DNA from: Neoconidiobolus thromboides FSU 785
Taxonomy: Eukaryota > Fungi > Entomophthoromycota
Length of the DNA stretch: 64,000 bases
Direction of reading: 5' to 3'
Assembly: GCA_025603075.1 (NCBI GenBank)
Contig: MU626269.1
Location: forward strand, 145,838-209,837
Numbering within the stretch: position 1 is the first letter of the stretch; each line of letters starts with the position of its first letter. The notes under the pieces were generated by a model. The model saw only the letters and a program-made list of their open reading frames with translations, was not told the DNA's origin and did not search any database. The position numbers and the translations under genes are program-made. Below, piece after piece: positions 1 through 12,680 of this stretch.

Positions 1-1007
1 TTTCGAATGAAAAGTGATCCAAATTCAAGCTACATCAAATTATTATGACTAAGTTTATACCAGTATTTATTTACCTTGAAATACTAAATTTGTAAACTAT
101 TGTATAACCATTTAAATACATTATGAAAGAAACATCGTAGCTTGTGGTACATCTACCATCTTTATTATTATTACTATGATTATTACTTATTACTTATTAC
201 TTAGATTATCTATTTTTTAATGTAGTAATATCCGTCAAAAAGATTCTATCATAATAAAAAATTTATATCATACCAATTAAGTAAAAGTAGGTTTTTATAA
301 AATAAAATGCAAGCGCACATATTTAGATACTACAGAAAAGGTTATATTACTTAAATATTACTTTATAAAAATTATACCTAAACTCAAGGCAACATCTAAA
401 AACTCAATATTTAGAAAGCGGAAAATAGAGGAATAATTAAAAGAACATTGACTCACTAGTATCATTAAAGGATTTATATTAAAAACCATTGCACTAGTTA
501 ATGTATGAAATATTTAACTGAGATTTGATATATTTTTATCTCAATTTTTATAAATATTTTAGTTAAATAACAATTATGTGTTTTATAAATTTTATCAAAC
601 TCTACCAAAAAACAGTATGATTTATTGTTATTTAAAAAATGAGGCTATAGTGGAGTTTTTACAACTCTTTACTGCTAATTAATTATAGAAACATCAATAT
701 ATCAAATTTTATAAATAAGATAAAATAGTATTGTTATTTTCTGAGCTATGTGGTTTGCAGTAGAAAACAACATTAAAAAGGCAATTGGTATTTAATATCA
801 AAATGTCTATTTAGTTTATAAGTTCACCTTTTATTCAAGCAGTTTAGTTAATAACCGCTACAAATTAATACTAAATAACTACTAAGAATAATGTGTTTTT
901 AGTATCTCTTTAATAGATTAAACCTAGAAGTATTAAAGGAACATATCAACTATAAATAAACAAGCCATCTTATTTATGAAAGTTATCTTTAGAACCCCTA
1001 GCTTAGA

Positions 1008-1495
1008 ATGAAATATTTAATATGCGTCGTCTTTTGTATTCATACCTTAAATGCTGCTGCAACTCCGAATACTAGTTGTGAAGAGCTCACAAAAGATCTA
1101 GGAAAAGAGTACAAGTCCATTTGTGACTCATTTGGAGAAGCAGCAATTAAACCATACGTTGGAGAAATTCAAAAATGTGTTAGTGAATGTGATAATAGCT
1201 AATGTAAAAAAGAATGTGGTGCCAAAATCGTCGAAAAAAAGGTTAAAGAAGCTACTGGTGCTACAGATAAAGCATTAGATGAAATGTTAAAGTGTGCAAA
1301 AGGATGCACAGAGGATGTAAAGAGGATGATTATAGTTGCAAAATTGAATGCGTTGTTAAACCTATTTTAGATGATAAGGGTGATAAAAGTGATAAAGATG
1401 GCTCAAAAACAAATCATTCATCAAATGCCCATTTCGCTATATCTCCTCCAGCGGTTTTATTGCTTTTATTTTACTATTTCGCCTTTTTGAGCTAA
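1008..1495 (+). pseudogene. Disrupted small secreted Cys-rich protein with probable GPI-anchor signal
   Basis: Signal-peptide-like N-terminus (MKYLICVVFCIHTLNA). In-frame TAA at 1200-1202 is followed in the same frame by CKKECGAKIVEKK...KCAKGC. A frameshift near 1302-1312 leads into GCKEDDYSCKIEC...SSNAHFAISPPAVLLLLFYYFAFLS, a hydrophobic tail. No suitable intron found. Confidence 0.6.
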
Positions 1496-2610
1496 GTTTT
1501 ATTAGTAAATAAATTAAATGGCTTGTGTTCACAAAATGCACCAAATTTTGGTAAATTATTTTATTATTTATACCAATTATAAAATATTATGTTTTTAAAA
1601 TATAAAATACAATACTATTAAACTTAAAATTAATTTTAAAAATTATATTTCACTTTTATTTTATTTAGTTCTAAAAAATAAAAACAAGTAAAAATAATAA
1701 ATTAACAGTATACTAATGTTTTCATACTATAGCTCTAAAAACTATAAAAGTCATAAATGATTATAAAGTCTTATATTTAATTTATAAAAATAAATTAATT
1801 CAACGACCACATATGGTCTATGTATATACGAAAAAAGAAATTCTAAAAATTGTACAGAGTCCAAGCTTTTACTACAGAAAATTTTAAAACTTGAAACCTG
1901 AACAATTATATAAACTACCCATTGGAATAAAAAATTAAGTGTTAGGAAAATTGACACTCTTTGATGAAAGGAAGAGATGTTTGATAGGTTAACTTAGTTT
2001 ATAGAAAATGTTACAGCTTATTAGCAAATTAGTATAAACAAAAGTTATTACAATATATGTGATTTGTATAATTTTTGGATAAATTTATATTTTAAATTAG
2101 TAAATTATATAATAATCAGTTTATACATCTTTTTAAGGCTACAAGCAATATAAAGTTTAGATTCCAGCTACAAGAGAGTATAAATTTTTTTCAAAACAAA
2201 AAATAATAACCTATTTTTTGAGCTATTGTTTTGTAAAATATAAGTTGTTTATTTTTACATAGAGTCATTTTATTTGTAGCTTTTCTAATATCTGACCTTT
2301 AAAGTAGCTTATCTAATTACCTAAAGTATATAAAATTGACTAAAATATAATTTTTAAGAGTAGATGTTACTTAAAATTTAAGCATTATCTTTATGGAAAA
2401 AGTAATAAAGCCAAAAAAAAGCATCCTCATCATTAAATTCAATATTCATAAAGGTTAATGATTTTTAGAAAATCAAGTTAAAAAGAGCAATTAAAAAAAA
2501 AGATTGGCCTAGTTATCTCAAAGTTTTTCAAAATCTTTATTAAATCAAATAAACTTATCATTGTTGAAAAATTGTGAATAAGTAATTAGTTAAGCCATAA
2601 AATTAAATAA

Positions 2611-2717
2611 TATATGGGGTGTTTTTTTGTGTTTAAGAATTTTACTAACAATCTTTCTACTCAAATAGCGCTTAAAAAATGAAAAAATAATGAAATCAAA
2701 AAAAACATCCCCATATA
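2611..2717 (+). mobile_element. MITE family A copy 1
   Basis: ATATGGGGTGTTTTTTT...AAAAAAACATCCCCATAT terminal inverted repeats; internal ...CTCAAATAGCGCTTAAAAAATG... shared with 11 other copies. Confidence 0.9.
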
Positions 2718-2833
2718 TTGTTAATATGTTTTAAAAAGTCTTATTTTATAATAGTATAGGAATTGGTGATTATTGATAAAAACTCTATCTAATGCTAGCC
2801 ATTTGATTTTTTAATTTGTTTAAATTTATAAAA

Positions 2834-2941
2834 TATAGGGATGTTTTTCTTGGTTTCATGAGTTTTTCCATTTTTTTAGGTGCTATTTGAGCAGAAAGGT
2901 TGTTGGTAAAATTCTTAAACAAAAAGATACATCCCCATATA
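2834..2941 (-). mobile_element. MITE family A copy 2
   Basis: Reverse-complement copy, ATATAGGGATGT...ACATCCCCATAT. Confidence 0.9.
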
Positions 2942-3815
2942 TTAATTTTCTAGCTATTTTAAAATTTATATCATCCTAAAAATAATCTTATTTAAAATAC
3001 TGACTAAACTGCTTCTTTAACAATTGTTATAATACAAATTATTTGTTTCTTGACTATTTGCACAATATAAATTGTAATTTTTTAACTTAATTTAATACTG
3101 CCATATTTACTTAATTTGGTAATACAAGCATACTTTTTTTAACCCTTTGGGTACCGGACATCATAAAAAAAATTCTCTTTGATTGGATCGGAATTTTCGA
3201 TTCATCTTTTGATTAGTGAAGGATAATTTTTACTTGGCCAAGGCTAACTTGACGAGCATAGCTCGTCCACGGCAAAGTGATCAAGAAGCAAAATACGATT
3301 TGGATGTCTTTTTGCTTCAGCATTTTTATTTTTTTTATTTAAAAATTTATCACTCGAATCGAACAAAAAATATTTCACTATAAATTTTGATTTTTTATAC
3401 AATTGGCTTTACTTCTTAAACTAACTAATATAACAAAATGTTGCTATATTTCTATTCCAGCTGTGACATAATGTAAAATAGCCTTAAGTCAAGGAATGTT
3501 GAAAAAGCAATCATGTTTTAACAGAGTCAGTTAAAGCTTTCAATAAACTACTACAGTTCATATTGTTGTTTTAGCAACACTAATCTAAAAAGAGGAACTC
3601 AATTGGTCAATTCGAACTCAAAAATAGCTGCAGCCAATAAAAGCTCAAGCTAAATCTACCAACTAAATTGAAGAATTTTTCGAAACGATAGGGCCTTAAA
3701 AATTTGTTTAAAAAATTTTAAACCCTGTTAAAAAATAATTGCAAATGGGATAAGCGATTTCTTTCTCTCTAGTAAGAAAACCAACACTTTAAGGTTATCT
3801 TTATTATTTATCACC

Positions 3816-4523
3816 ATGTCTGAACAAGTAATAAATTTATTTAATACTATATAAATTGCAGGTTTCATTTTGTATATCGAACAGTTACTTTTTTCAACAT
3901 GAATTCGTGTTTTTAGTAAATTAGAAATAACATACAATAAGAAAGTTTCAAAAGATATCGAACCTCGCTATGAACCTAAATAAAAATAATGGATAAACAA
4001 AGATATTAACCCACCTCTTCACTAGGTTGAAAAAGCTTTCCAAAAGCAAGCCGGAGTCTTCCTTAATGGTAAAGGAGCCAAAAAGAGCAAAAACTTACGT
4101 TGGTATAAAGATGTAGGTCTTGGTTTCAAGACCCCAAAAGAAGCCATTGAAGGTACCTATGTTGATAAGAAATGCCCATTCACTGGTGATGTTTCTATCC
4201 GTGGACGTATCCTTACTGGAACCGTTATGTCTACCAAGATGAAGCGTACCATCATCATCCGTCGTGATTATCTTCATTATATTCCTAAATATAACCGTTA
4301 TGAAAAACGTCATAAGAACTTGGCTGCCCATCTTTCACCATGTTTCATTGGTGTCCAAAATGGTGACCTTGTTACTGTTGGTCAATGCCGGTAAGCCAAG
4401 ATTTTAAGAGTTTTTATTTTATATAATAATAATATTTTTAGTCCTCTTTCTAAGACTGTTAGATTCAACGTTCTTAAAGTACAAAAAGCTATTTCTGGAA
4501 GCAAACAATTCACCAAATTTTAA
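3816..4523 (+). CDS. RPS11: 40S ribosomal protein S11 (uS17); exons 3816-3827, 4026-4390, 4442-4523
   Basis: Spliced translation MSEQ|VEKAFQKQ...[29 protein letters not shown]...[28 protein letters not shown]...GQCR|[12 protein letters not shown]; canonical GT-AG introns. Confidence 0.97.
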
Positions 4524-4658
4524 AGCTAGAGAGCATTAAAATTGAAAGAATAATAAAAGAAAATAAGAGAATACAAAAGTTATTTAATTAAAACACATAA
4601 GCCATGATTTTAAATTGTATACTAAGAATTTAATAGATTAGAATGTTTATTTGTACTT

Positions 4659-5764
4659 TTATTTTTCTTCTTCCTTTAAGCGCGCTTGATCAGCTACTAA
4701 TTGTATGTTATATTTTTTGTATTTGTTAAAATCGGTTAGTACACTTATCCCACAGATAGACTAGTAAACGAATTAGATAATTAAAAGAACAGATTAGTAA
4801 AATAAACATACCTTAAAGATTTCAACCACAATAGTTAGATCAGGGTTGTCGAGGTCTACCTTATGCTCTGGACCAACAATAGCAGCTAATGATTGGATAA
4901 CTTTGTCTTTTTCAATTTCTCCACAGTTTCTTTTTTTAAATACTATACCAAACTAAAAAGAAATTAGATACAGCTTATAAGTTAATAAAAACTCAAAGTT
5001 TTACCTTTTTTGGGTCAATTTTACCAGTAGTTTCATCTGGAGTATGGAAAAAGGGCAAAAATAACTTTTTAGCCAAGGACTCGATATCAGGTATGTTAGC
5101 ATAACAGGTGTTCATAATGGGTAGAATGCGTGAAATATGTCTACCAAAAACAAAAATAAATAAATATGAAAATGTTTTAAGAGCTTTGAGCATACTTTGT
5201 TTTAGTAATCCCAGTTTCAGCTACCTTTTCAAATAGCTTTTGAATAAAAGGGACAGGCTCCACAGGTTGCTTTGTAAATAAAAAAGCCATACAATCTACC
5301 TGAGTTTTCAGGGAACCAAAATAGAACTTATTCTTTTTTTTGCTGGATAATCCTTCAATCTCTTTAGTTATCTCAGCTTCTATGTCTTTTTCTTCTTCTT
5401 CAGGGGTATCGGAAATGTCTAACTCTGGATACACTTCCTTTGCAAACTGAAGATAAAGTTACTGGGTTAGTTTATAACAATTATTTTTAAGTACCTCATT
5501 AAAAAGTGTTAAAGCTTCTGAGATGCAGCTCTTTTCTCTATTTCTATCACAGAATAGAATGATACCCGGTAACCCTGGGTTTACTTCAAACACCGTTTTA
5601 AGACCTGTTCTATCCTGAATTTAAAAGTGAATTATTAAATCATAGCTCTCTTTTACTTTCTCACTTATTCAAAGGCTTACTTTCGACTTCATGTATACCA
5701 TCGTACGGTGTTTTTTATTACTATTGATCTTAGTATCTCCTTTACTATCGTTGCGTTTGCCCAT
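4659..5764 (-). CDS. TAN1: THUMP-domain protein (tRNA acetyltransferase adaptor Tan1/THUMPD1-like), multi-exon
   Basis: Spliced pieces PGLPGIILFCDRNREKSCISEA, YPELD...DIEAEITKEI, TRHISRILPIMNTC, HKVDLDNPDLTIVVEIFK, SVLTDFNKYKKYNIQ; exon boundaries approximate. Confidence 0.85.
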
Positions 5765-6229
5765 CTTTGTGTATCAAGGAAATAAACTTAAAAAAATTCA
5801 AACGCTTTTGTAATTTACATTTGAATCTTTGTTTATATCCCACAAGTTTTTAACTAATTTACAAATTTCGCCCCTAAAAAAAAATAAAAAGTATATCATT
5901 GTCTTAATTAATAAGTAAGGATAATAATAAATGGTTTGATACCCATTTACAGCGGGCCTATGTATTAGGTCAACCAATCTTTGTATACCTATAGGTTGTC
6001 CTATTACTTTCCTTTAGTAGAATAGAGTTGAAAGCAGTTGATGATGACTTGGGTTTTTTTGGACCTCGCTTTAGAAGGGGTAATCTTAATAAAGTTACAT
6101 TGTAAACTGGGGGAGATTTGGGATATTTTAAAATAAATACAAAAGTAAAGTATATCAACAAAAAAACAATGCTTGAATAAAGAAATGATAAAAATTGAAT
6201 TTAACTTTATAAAACACAGATTTTATTTA

Positions 6230-8371
6230 CTATACATATTTTGATATAATCGGTTCCATAACAACAAAACAATCCTTAACTAAAGCCCACCTCTTAGATC
6301 CAAATGATAATCTCTTTTTAAGGTTCAACACAAATTGTTTAATTTTTTTGATGACCCAGTCAGGCAATACTGACTCTTGATGTCTTCGTAATATCATTAG
6401 AAATACTAGTATCATTTGTAAATTGGAATACCAAAACCATGGTGTTAATATCATCTCTAATTTGCCATTAAAGCTGCTTATGATAGTGTCCATCATACGG
6501 GAACAATAAAAGCACTTTTCAATCTTATTTAGTTGATGATATTGCTGGAATAAAATTTGGTTACTAAACAATATCTCAAGTTTGTTCTTATTAGTCTCAT
6601 TCTTGCTATTAATTTCTATCATTTCATTACTGCCAATTTGAAATTTGTTGATGTCTATTAAGTAAGAAAAAAAGTATATATTCAATATGTTTAATAAATA
6701 ATCGTTTTTTGTTGGTAAATAAATAACATGGTCTTTTGATGATGGACAATCAAATTCGGGTAATTTTAAATACCATTTTAAAGCTGCCGTTTCAAGGATA
6801 TCATATGATTTAACTTTGTTGACACTGTTATTAGCATCGCTATGATTGGTATTATTTTCTCCATGATTAAATTCCGCCAATACGGTTTTAAAGAAAGACG
6901 AGTTTGGTATTTTGAATTTGATCTCTTCTTTTAATTTATATTTCTTGTTTAAATTATCCATTTTTGACATTAATTTCATTAGTTTACAAACCGATTGGAA
7001 ATATTTTAAACTGTTTTCTCCCTTAATTTGTAACATTTCTGGTACTTCAATAATCTTATTTTTATCTTCTATATTCACCATAATGATACTGTCATTGATA
7101 TTGGGATAATCAATTAGCCCTTCTGCTCCAATCCAACTCAATCTATTTGTACAATGAGACATTAATACTTCATTAATACTTAATAGCCATAATGTCCGTG
7201 CTATTATCTGTCGATTTGTTTTGCTACGAAAGGGACATGACTTAGAAAAATAGCCTAACTGCATGGACATCCGATGTGCAAGTCCTCCAAAGAACCACGC
7301 ATTACACAAAATCGAATTGGACTCAGTACTATTGAGATGTAAACCTATTAAGGTACATGCTTGTATTACGTTTAAATTTGGCTTCAAATAGCACTTTTTA
7401 ATATAAAATAAGATTTTGTTGGAAAAATACTCATCAAACTTGTTAGCTAAATTTCGATTGGGATAAAAAGAGGAACCGCATAAACAAATCACATATAATA
7501 GAGTCAAAAAGGGGTAATTGTTGGGCTTACAATGATTTAATTGATAGTAAAATGATGTTGGTGATATGATAGGATAAAAAGTGTTCAAGTAAATAAAATA
7601 TAAATTAATTACTTCATTCTGGTATGTTTTATTAATCACTGTCTTTGATACTGGGAATGTTGAATTAAATAACTTTTTAATTGGATTGTTATTATTTAAG
7701 ATATTATTCAATATATTACTATTGGTATTACTCTTATTTGTTAGATTATTATAATAATTATTATTGCTATCATCATTGCCATTTACTCCATTATTAGTGT
7801 TATTCAGCAACTTTAAATTAATTGAAACATAGCTTGTTGCTAACGATGGACCAGTGTAAAAATAATCTCCCTCCTCATTAATACTGATTTGTGCTTTACT
7901 ATTATTTATGATTGACAGTTTGAGCATCTGTTGAATTAAATTTAAGGCTGGATTTAATTGAGGTTTGTTCAATAAGCTGAATATGAAGTTGGTATCAATT
8001 TTATTATAATTTTCTTTGTCAACTTGCAATTTAGCTAATGTTGTCGTTAATTGCTCATTATTTATACCTGTACCATAGATAATATTATTATTTACATTAC
8101 TATTTCCATCATTCGCAGGTAATATCCTCACAGTAGGGAATAGTTGCTGTTGACTTCTATTAACATTATTTAGATTATTGATAATCCTATTATAAGTGCA
8201 TGGATAGTTTAAATTGACACAATTAGAACAACGGGGGTATTCTCTGCTACATTTAACCTTTCTTAACTGACATACGTCGCATACTTTAGCTTTAGGACCC
8301 CTTGGTCTTTTAGGTAAATTGGATTGATGGATATTGATACGTTCAATAGACACTTTGTTTCTTCTACCCAT
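6230..8371 (-). CDS. Zn(II)2Cys6 transcription factor with fungal TF middle-homology region
   Basis: CDVCQLRKVKCSREYPRCSNCVNLNYPC binuclear cluster; YFIYLNTFYPII and W..GGLAHRMSMQLG motifs; single 713-aa ORF. Confidence 0.93.
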   Translation of the reverse strand: MGRRNKVSIERINIHQSNLPKRPRGPKAKVCDVCQLRKVKCSREYPRCSNCVNLNYPCTYNRIINNLNNVNRSQQQLFPTVRILPANDGNSNVNNNIIYGTGINNEQLTTTLAKLQVDKENYNKIDTNFIFSLLNKPQLNPALNLIQQMLKLSIINNSKAQISINEEGDYFYTGPSLATSYVSINLKLLNNTNNGVNGNDDSNNNYYNNLTNKSNTNSNILNNILNNNNPIKKLFNSTFPVSKTVINKTYQNEVINLYFIYLNTFYPIISPTSFYYQLNHCKPNNYPFLTLLYVICLCGSSFYPNRNLANKFDEYFSNKILFYIKKCYLKPNLNVIQACTLIGLHLNSTESNSILCNAWFFGGLAHRMSMQLGYFSKSCPFRSKTNRQIIARTLWLLSINEVLMSHCTNRLSWIGAEGLIDYPNINDSIIMVNIEDKNKIIEVPEMLQIKGENSLKYFQSVCKLMKLMSKMDNLNKKYKLKEEIKFKIPNSSFFKTVLAEFNHGENNTNHSDANNSVNKVKSYDILETAALKWYLKLPEFDCPSSKDHVIYLPTKNDYLLNILNIYFFSYLIDINKFQIGSNEMIEINSKNETNKNKLEILFSNQILFQQYHQLNKIEKCFYCSRMMDTIISSFNGKLEMILTPWFWYSNLQMILVFLMILRRHQESVLPDWVIKKIKQFVLNLKKRLSFGSKRWALVKDCFVVMEPIISKYV

Positions 8372-11300
8372 CAGATTAAAATAATTATTGAATAAACTTA
8401 AAAGAAGTAAAGAAACAATTTATACTTTCATTATTAATGCATTTAACATTTTGGTACTTTAGCTTTGGCATAAGTTAAGTAATCATGGATTATTAGGAAA
8501 TTACCCTCAATAAAACTATATTGATAAATTTAATTACAACAAATTATTGGTTAAAATAATATAAAGAAGAGGTTTCATATCTTTTTTTAGAATCATTGAT
8601 TCTAATTTAAATTAATTTAAACCTTAACAATCTAGGTGTGCTACTATAAATATTGTATTTTTTTAACAAAAAATAATTAATAATAGTTAAATTCTTTTGT
8701 TATTTTAATTTTAAATTAATTTAGTTAGTGGTCGTTAATATTTTCAAAACTACCTAAATCTTGATAATAGCTTATTATTCTAGTTTATATTCCTTCTATC
8801 TTATAATAAATATCCCTTAAAGCTCTATTTGGGATTTAATTGGTTAATAATAGCGATAAGTTTCTTCTTTTTTCTATTTTAAAAATAACAACAAAGATTA
8901 GGATTAGGGAGATGATGATATAAAATTTATAAATAATATCCTTATGTTTGTAAGTTGATAGGTAGGTTAGTAAAATAAAGAAGTAAAATAGCAAATGGGG
9001 TAACTGTTAATACATGATGTATTTCCTTACTCCAGAAACTTAAAGTTGAGCATAAATTCAAATACATTATTTACAAGCTCTCCAGCAATTATAAAGAGAT
9101 ACATAGGTTGAATTAAATTTTGTACAATTCCAAAAAATTGCATAATACTTAAAATTCACATAAAATAATCTATACTTTATTAAAGCTAAGCCACATATCT
9201 CACTTTTTTGCACAATTGTACTGTCTCAAAGATATCAATATCAATTTTAAATATCATGCAATTCTTTGAAATTATACGAAACTTAATTCAACTTGAGTGT
9301 AGTTGAAAGGCATCTTAAGGGTAAAGTTATGAGTGTTTTATGTGCGAGTTCCCAAAAAATCCCTGCTGGCTCACAGTAAGGTTTTTCTTATGGAACAAAA
9401 GCCAATGATAAAAAATTAGATTTAGTTCCATATTCGAATCTCGAATGATAATATAGCTAAATTAAAGAGGACATAGTCTTCTAACAAAAACGATTAAAAA
9501 AAGGTTTTAGTTGCATTACAGTTGATATTTCATGTATTTGTCATGTGAACTTTATCACTTTAGTATTTTCTACACAATTAACCATGGTGAATAAGAAGTC
9601 AAGAGCTAAGCTTGGCCCAAAGTTTGACTGGTCAAATTCAATAAGTATATATATTATTCTTGAATTATACATAAGACTTGCATAACATTTTTGTTTAAAT
9701 AAAGCAATTTATGAGAATATTATTGAATTATTGTTTTTGGTTATTTTTAAGCTTTTTTTAATGTCTGTAAAACATTTATATTCCAATTTATAGCTTTTAT
9801 CAGTAGCACTACCAATTGGTTATTTTTATCTATGTATTTTAAGGGTTAGTTAATGTTACGACTATATAAACTAGTGATATATATAAAGATCCCTATTATT
9901 GAAAAAGTGCGAAATTCATAACTTCAAATTAATGGAAATAAATATTAAATTGAACTCAATAAGTCAATTTGTATATATAATACTTTGCATAATATTGTTT
10001 TTAGAAAGGTAATACTTACATACATGTCGTCCATATGAATTTAATATGTTTAATTTAAAGGATTTCATTTCAGAATCAAACTTTGTTTACCTACACAACT
10101 AATAGTTTTAATGACTAAAGCCAAAATAAAGTTATTAAAAGTATACAATATTTGAAAGGAGGTTGAATTTTATTAAGGTATAAAGGAGAATGAAAATAAA
10201 ATACATATATAAAAAGATTTTTTTAAAGCTATTTTTATATAGTTCATATATTAAAACCCTCACAACTTTAATAATAATTGAACCATATAATTGAAGAATT
10301 AGCTGCCGTAAATTTAAAACATGTTAGGTGAGGTAAATTTAGGGAAATAAATTATTATATAGAGACTATTTATTAGTTTAGCGTAAAACAATGGAACATT
10401 TTAAAGTTTAGTAACTTGAGATAATCTCATCTAAACTTTTAAATAATTATAAGTGTTAAATGGAAAGAGTGATTAATATAATCTTTAGAGAAACAATTCA
10501 TTTGATTCACCATCAGATTTCGACAAGTTATTAGGTATTTTTAGAAAAGCCGTAATAGCCTGCTTTGTAACTTATTTCATTCGGTTTAAATATATTGTTT
10601 TTTATATAATAATTAATTAGGTTACAGCAAATTAATTTGACAATAAATCAAAATCTATTGAATTTTATTAAATAATTTGACTCTTTTAGAGGCAAACCTG
10701 GTTATGTAATTTGATAAGCAATTTAAAATTTAAAGTGTTATTTCCATACCTAACTAACATGTCAATATAAAAAACTCTTCATTATCAATTACTATACTTT
10801 CAGAAAATTAGCCAATGTTATTTAATGAGCATATAACAACTTCTATTTTTGTAAAACTTCTAAAGCTTTGACTTTTTGACTTTTTGACTTTTTGACTATT
10901 AAAGTAGATTGACTAAATAGTTGGCTTTAAATCATCCAACAAAGAATTTTAATAGGATGTTAGTTTATGATATTAACATTAATGTATATATTAAAAAACC
11001 CAAGGTTCTAAATATTGATTCTACCAATTAATGTTTGGGTATAAATTAAATTCAAAACTATATTATAGTACTTTCTCATAAAAGTATGAATTCTGGCTCA
11101 ACTTTAAGTATAAACTTTAAGTATAAATAACAATAATCACGCCCTTTCTCTATATCATTATAGCCTAAATTAATACAACTATTCAAATTGGTCACTATTT
11201 TGATCCCAATATTCTAACTAAAATACTAATATACTATAAGTGAAATCATAAAGCCATCAATTGTTTAAATTTCAGCTGACTTCTATACTATAGCCCCTAT

Positions 11301-11752
11301 GTAATTATTAGAATCAAATATCTTTTTTGACGTTGTTACTATTCACTTTTGATATTTCATAATATAAGTATTCATCAATTTAGTTAATCTATTTCAATTA
11401 ATTATAAATGAACTGGGACAATAGATTACATTTAAATAGCAAATTAACAATTATCATGGACTTTAATTTGCTGCAACTAGTAACTCAAATAAAGTAAATT
11501 TTCAAGCCTTCCATAAAAGGAATTAATTTTATATCACAATACATTACGCCAATAAAATTTCACTTAGCTTTAATAATTAAGCTAATTAATGATATATACT
11601 ATAAATTTTTACAAAATTAATCAATTTCAAATCTTTAGTAACATCTTATGTCACGTGAAATACATTAATTGTATAAATATGAAGCCACTTACTTTAAGTT
11701 AAATATCAAAATAGAAATTTAATTTATTAAAACTTCAAATAATTCAAATAAA

Positions 11753-12680
11753 ATGTATTCTACCATCCCAATCTTCAATGCTATTCACAAAAAGAAATCA
11801 CCTTTTATTACTAAACTAGCTGAGTAAGTAGTTTGCTAAAAGATGCTAACTAAATACTAATATATTATCTAGAATCCTAAGTAAACCCGAATACTCGGAT
11901 ATTATAAGTTGGGATGTATCTGGCGATAATATACTTATCCATCACATTGTAAGATTTGAGCTGGAGGTACTCCCAATTTACTTTGATAGCTCACGTATGG
12001 ATTCTTTTTCAAGGCAGCTTAACGTAAGTCAATCATTATACAGTTTGAGTAACTTGTTAAATAAATTTATATAGTTATATGGCTTTAAAAGAGTTTCAGA
12101 TGGCAGAAAACAACGATCAGGGCCACTTGATAGAGGATGTATGTTTAATTGTCCATTTTTTAAGAGGGATAGACCGGATCTTTGTCACCTTATATCGAGA
12201 AAAAAAAAAGGTCAAACCAAAACAAAGTTCACCGAAACGATAACAAAGAAAAAGATGGAGCCTAATTCTAAATCTTCACCAAAATTAAAGCCAAAACCAA
12301 TAATAATACCCAATAATGATCAATTTAATCAAAGTTTTTCATTTTCTACTACTGCAACTCAATTTTATCATGATCCTTTACAAGTTTGCTATACTACTTC
12401 TCAATTGAGTAAACCATTTTATCCTTACTCTACTTTTCTAACTCCAGTCACTTATACCAATGATTTTTATAGCGCTGCTTATGAAAATTGTTTTATTGGC
12501 GATGGAGCAATGACTACATACCCATTTATGATAGACTCACACTCAAGTATGAACCAAATAGACAGTGCATGCTCATCTAATTTATCATCACCAGGATTAT
12601 GTGCTTATTTTGATACTACATCACAACCTCAGTATTATCAAGAAGCTTTTGCTACTAGTCTTGGCCAACCTAATGTTTAA
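11753..12680 (+). CDS. HSF-type DNA-binding transcription factor; exons 11753-11823, 11873-12023, 12075-12680
   Basis: PFITKLAE|ILSKPEYSDIISWDVSGDNILI...VLPIYFDSSRMDSFSRQLN|LYGFKRV...FNCPFFKRDRPDLCHLISRKK matches the HSF winged-helix domain. Confidence 0.9.

Noticed and set aside
1200-1202. Programmed stop readthrough or selenocysteine in the Cys-rich gene
   Set aside because: The codon is TAA, not TGA, and a separate frameshift follows. A 34-nt GT-AG intron (1179-1212) would lead into a stop.
1751-1957. Short intergenic ORFs (1751, 3728, 5970, 15459, 42471)
   Set aside because: Low-complexity AT-rich translations with non-ATG or weak starts and no domain evidence.
3139-3148. TTAACCCT as a telomerase RNA template or telomeric repeat
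   Set aside because: A single partial match; no tandem TTAGGG repeats anywhere in the window.
4095-4331. Antisense or alternative-frame ORFs in the track (4095, 6912, 17562, 25463, 30069, 34859, 35426, 43999, 44368, 53648, 54329, 57814, 59172)
   Set aside because: They overlap well-supported genes on the other strand or frame and show no recognisable motifs.
10864-10897. Short tandem repeats ((TTTTGACT)4; also 170-200, 11100-11126, 16190-16223, 42792-42822)
   Set aside because: Ordinary slippage repeats with no evidence of function.
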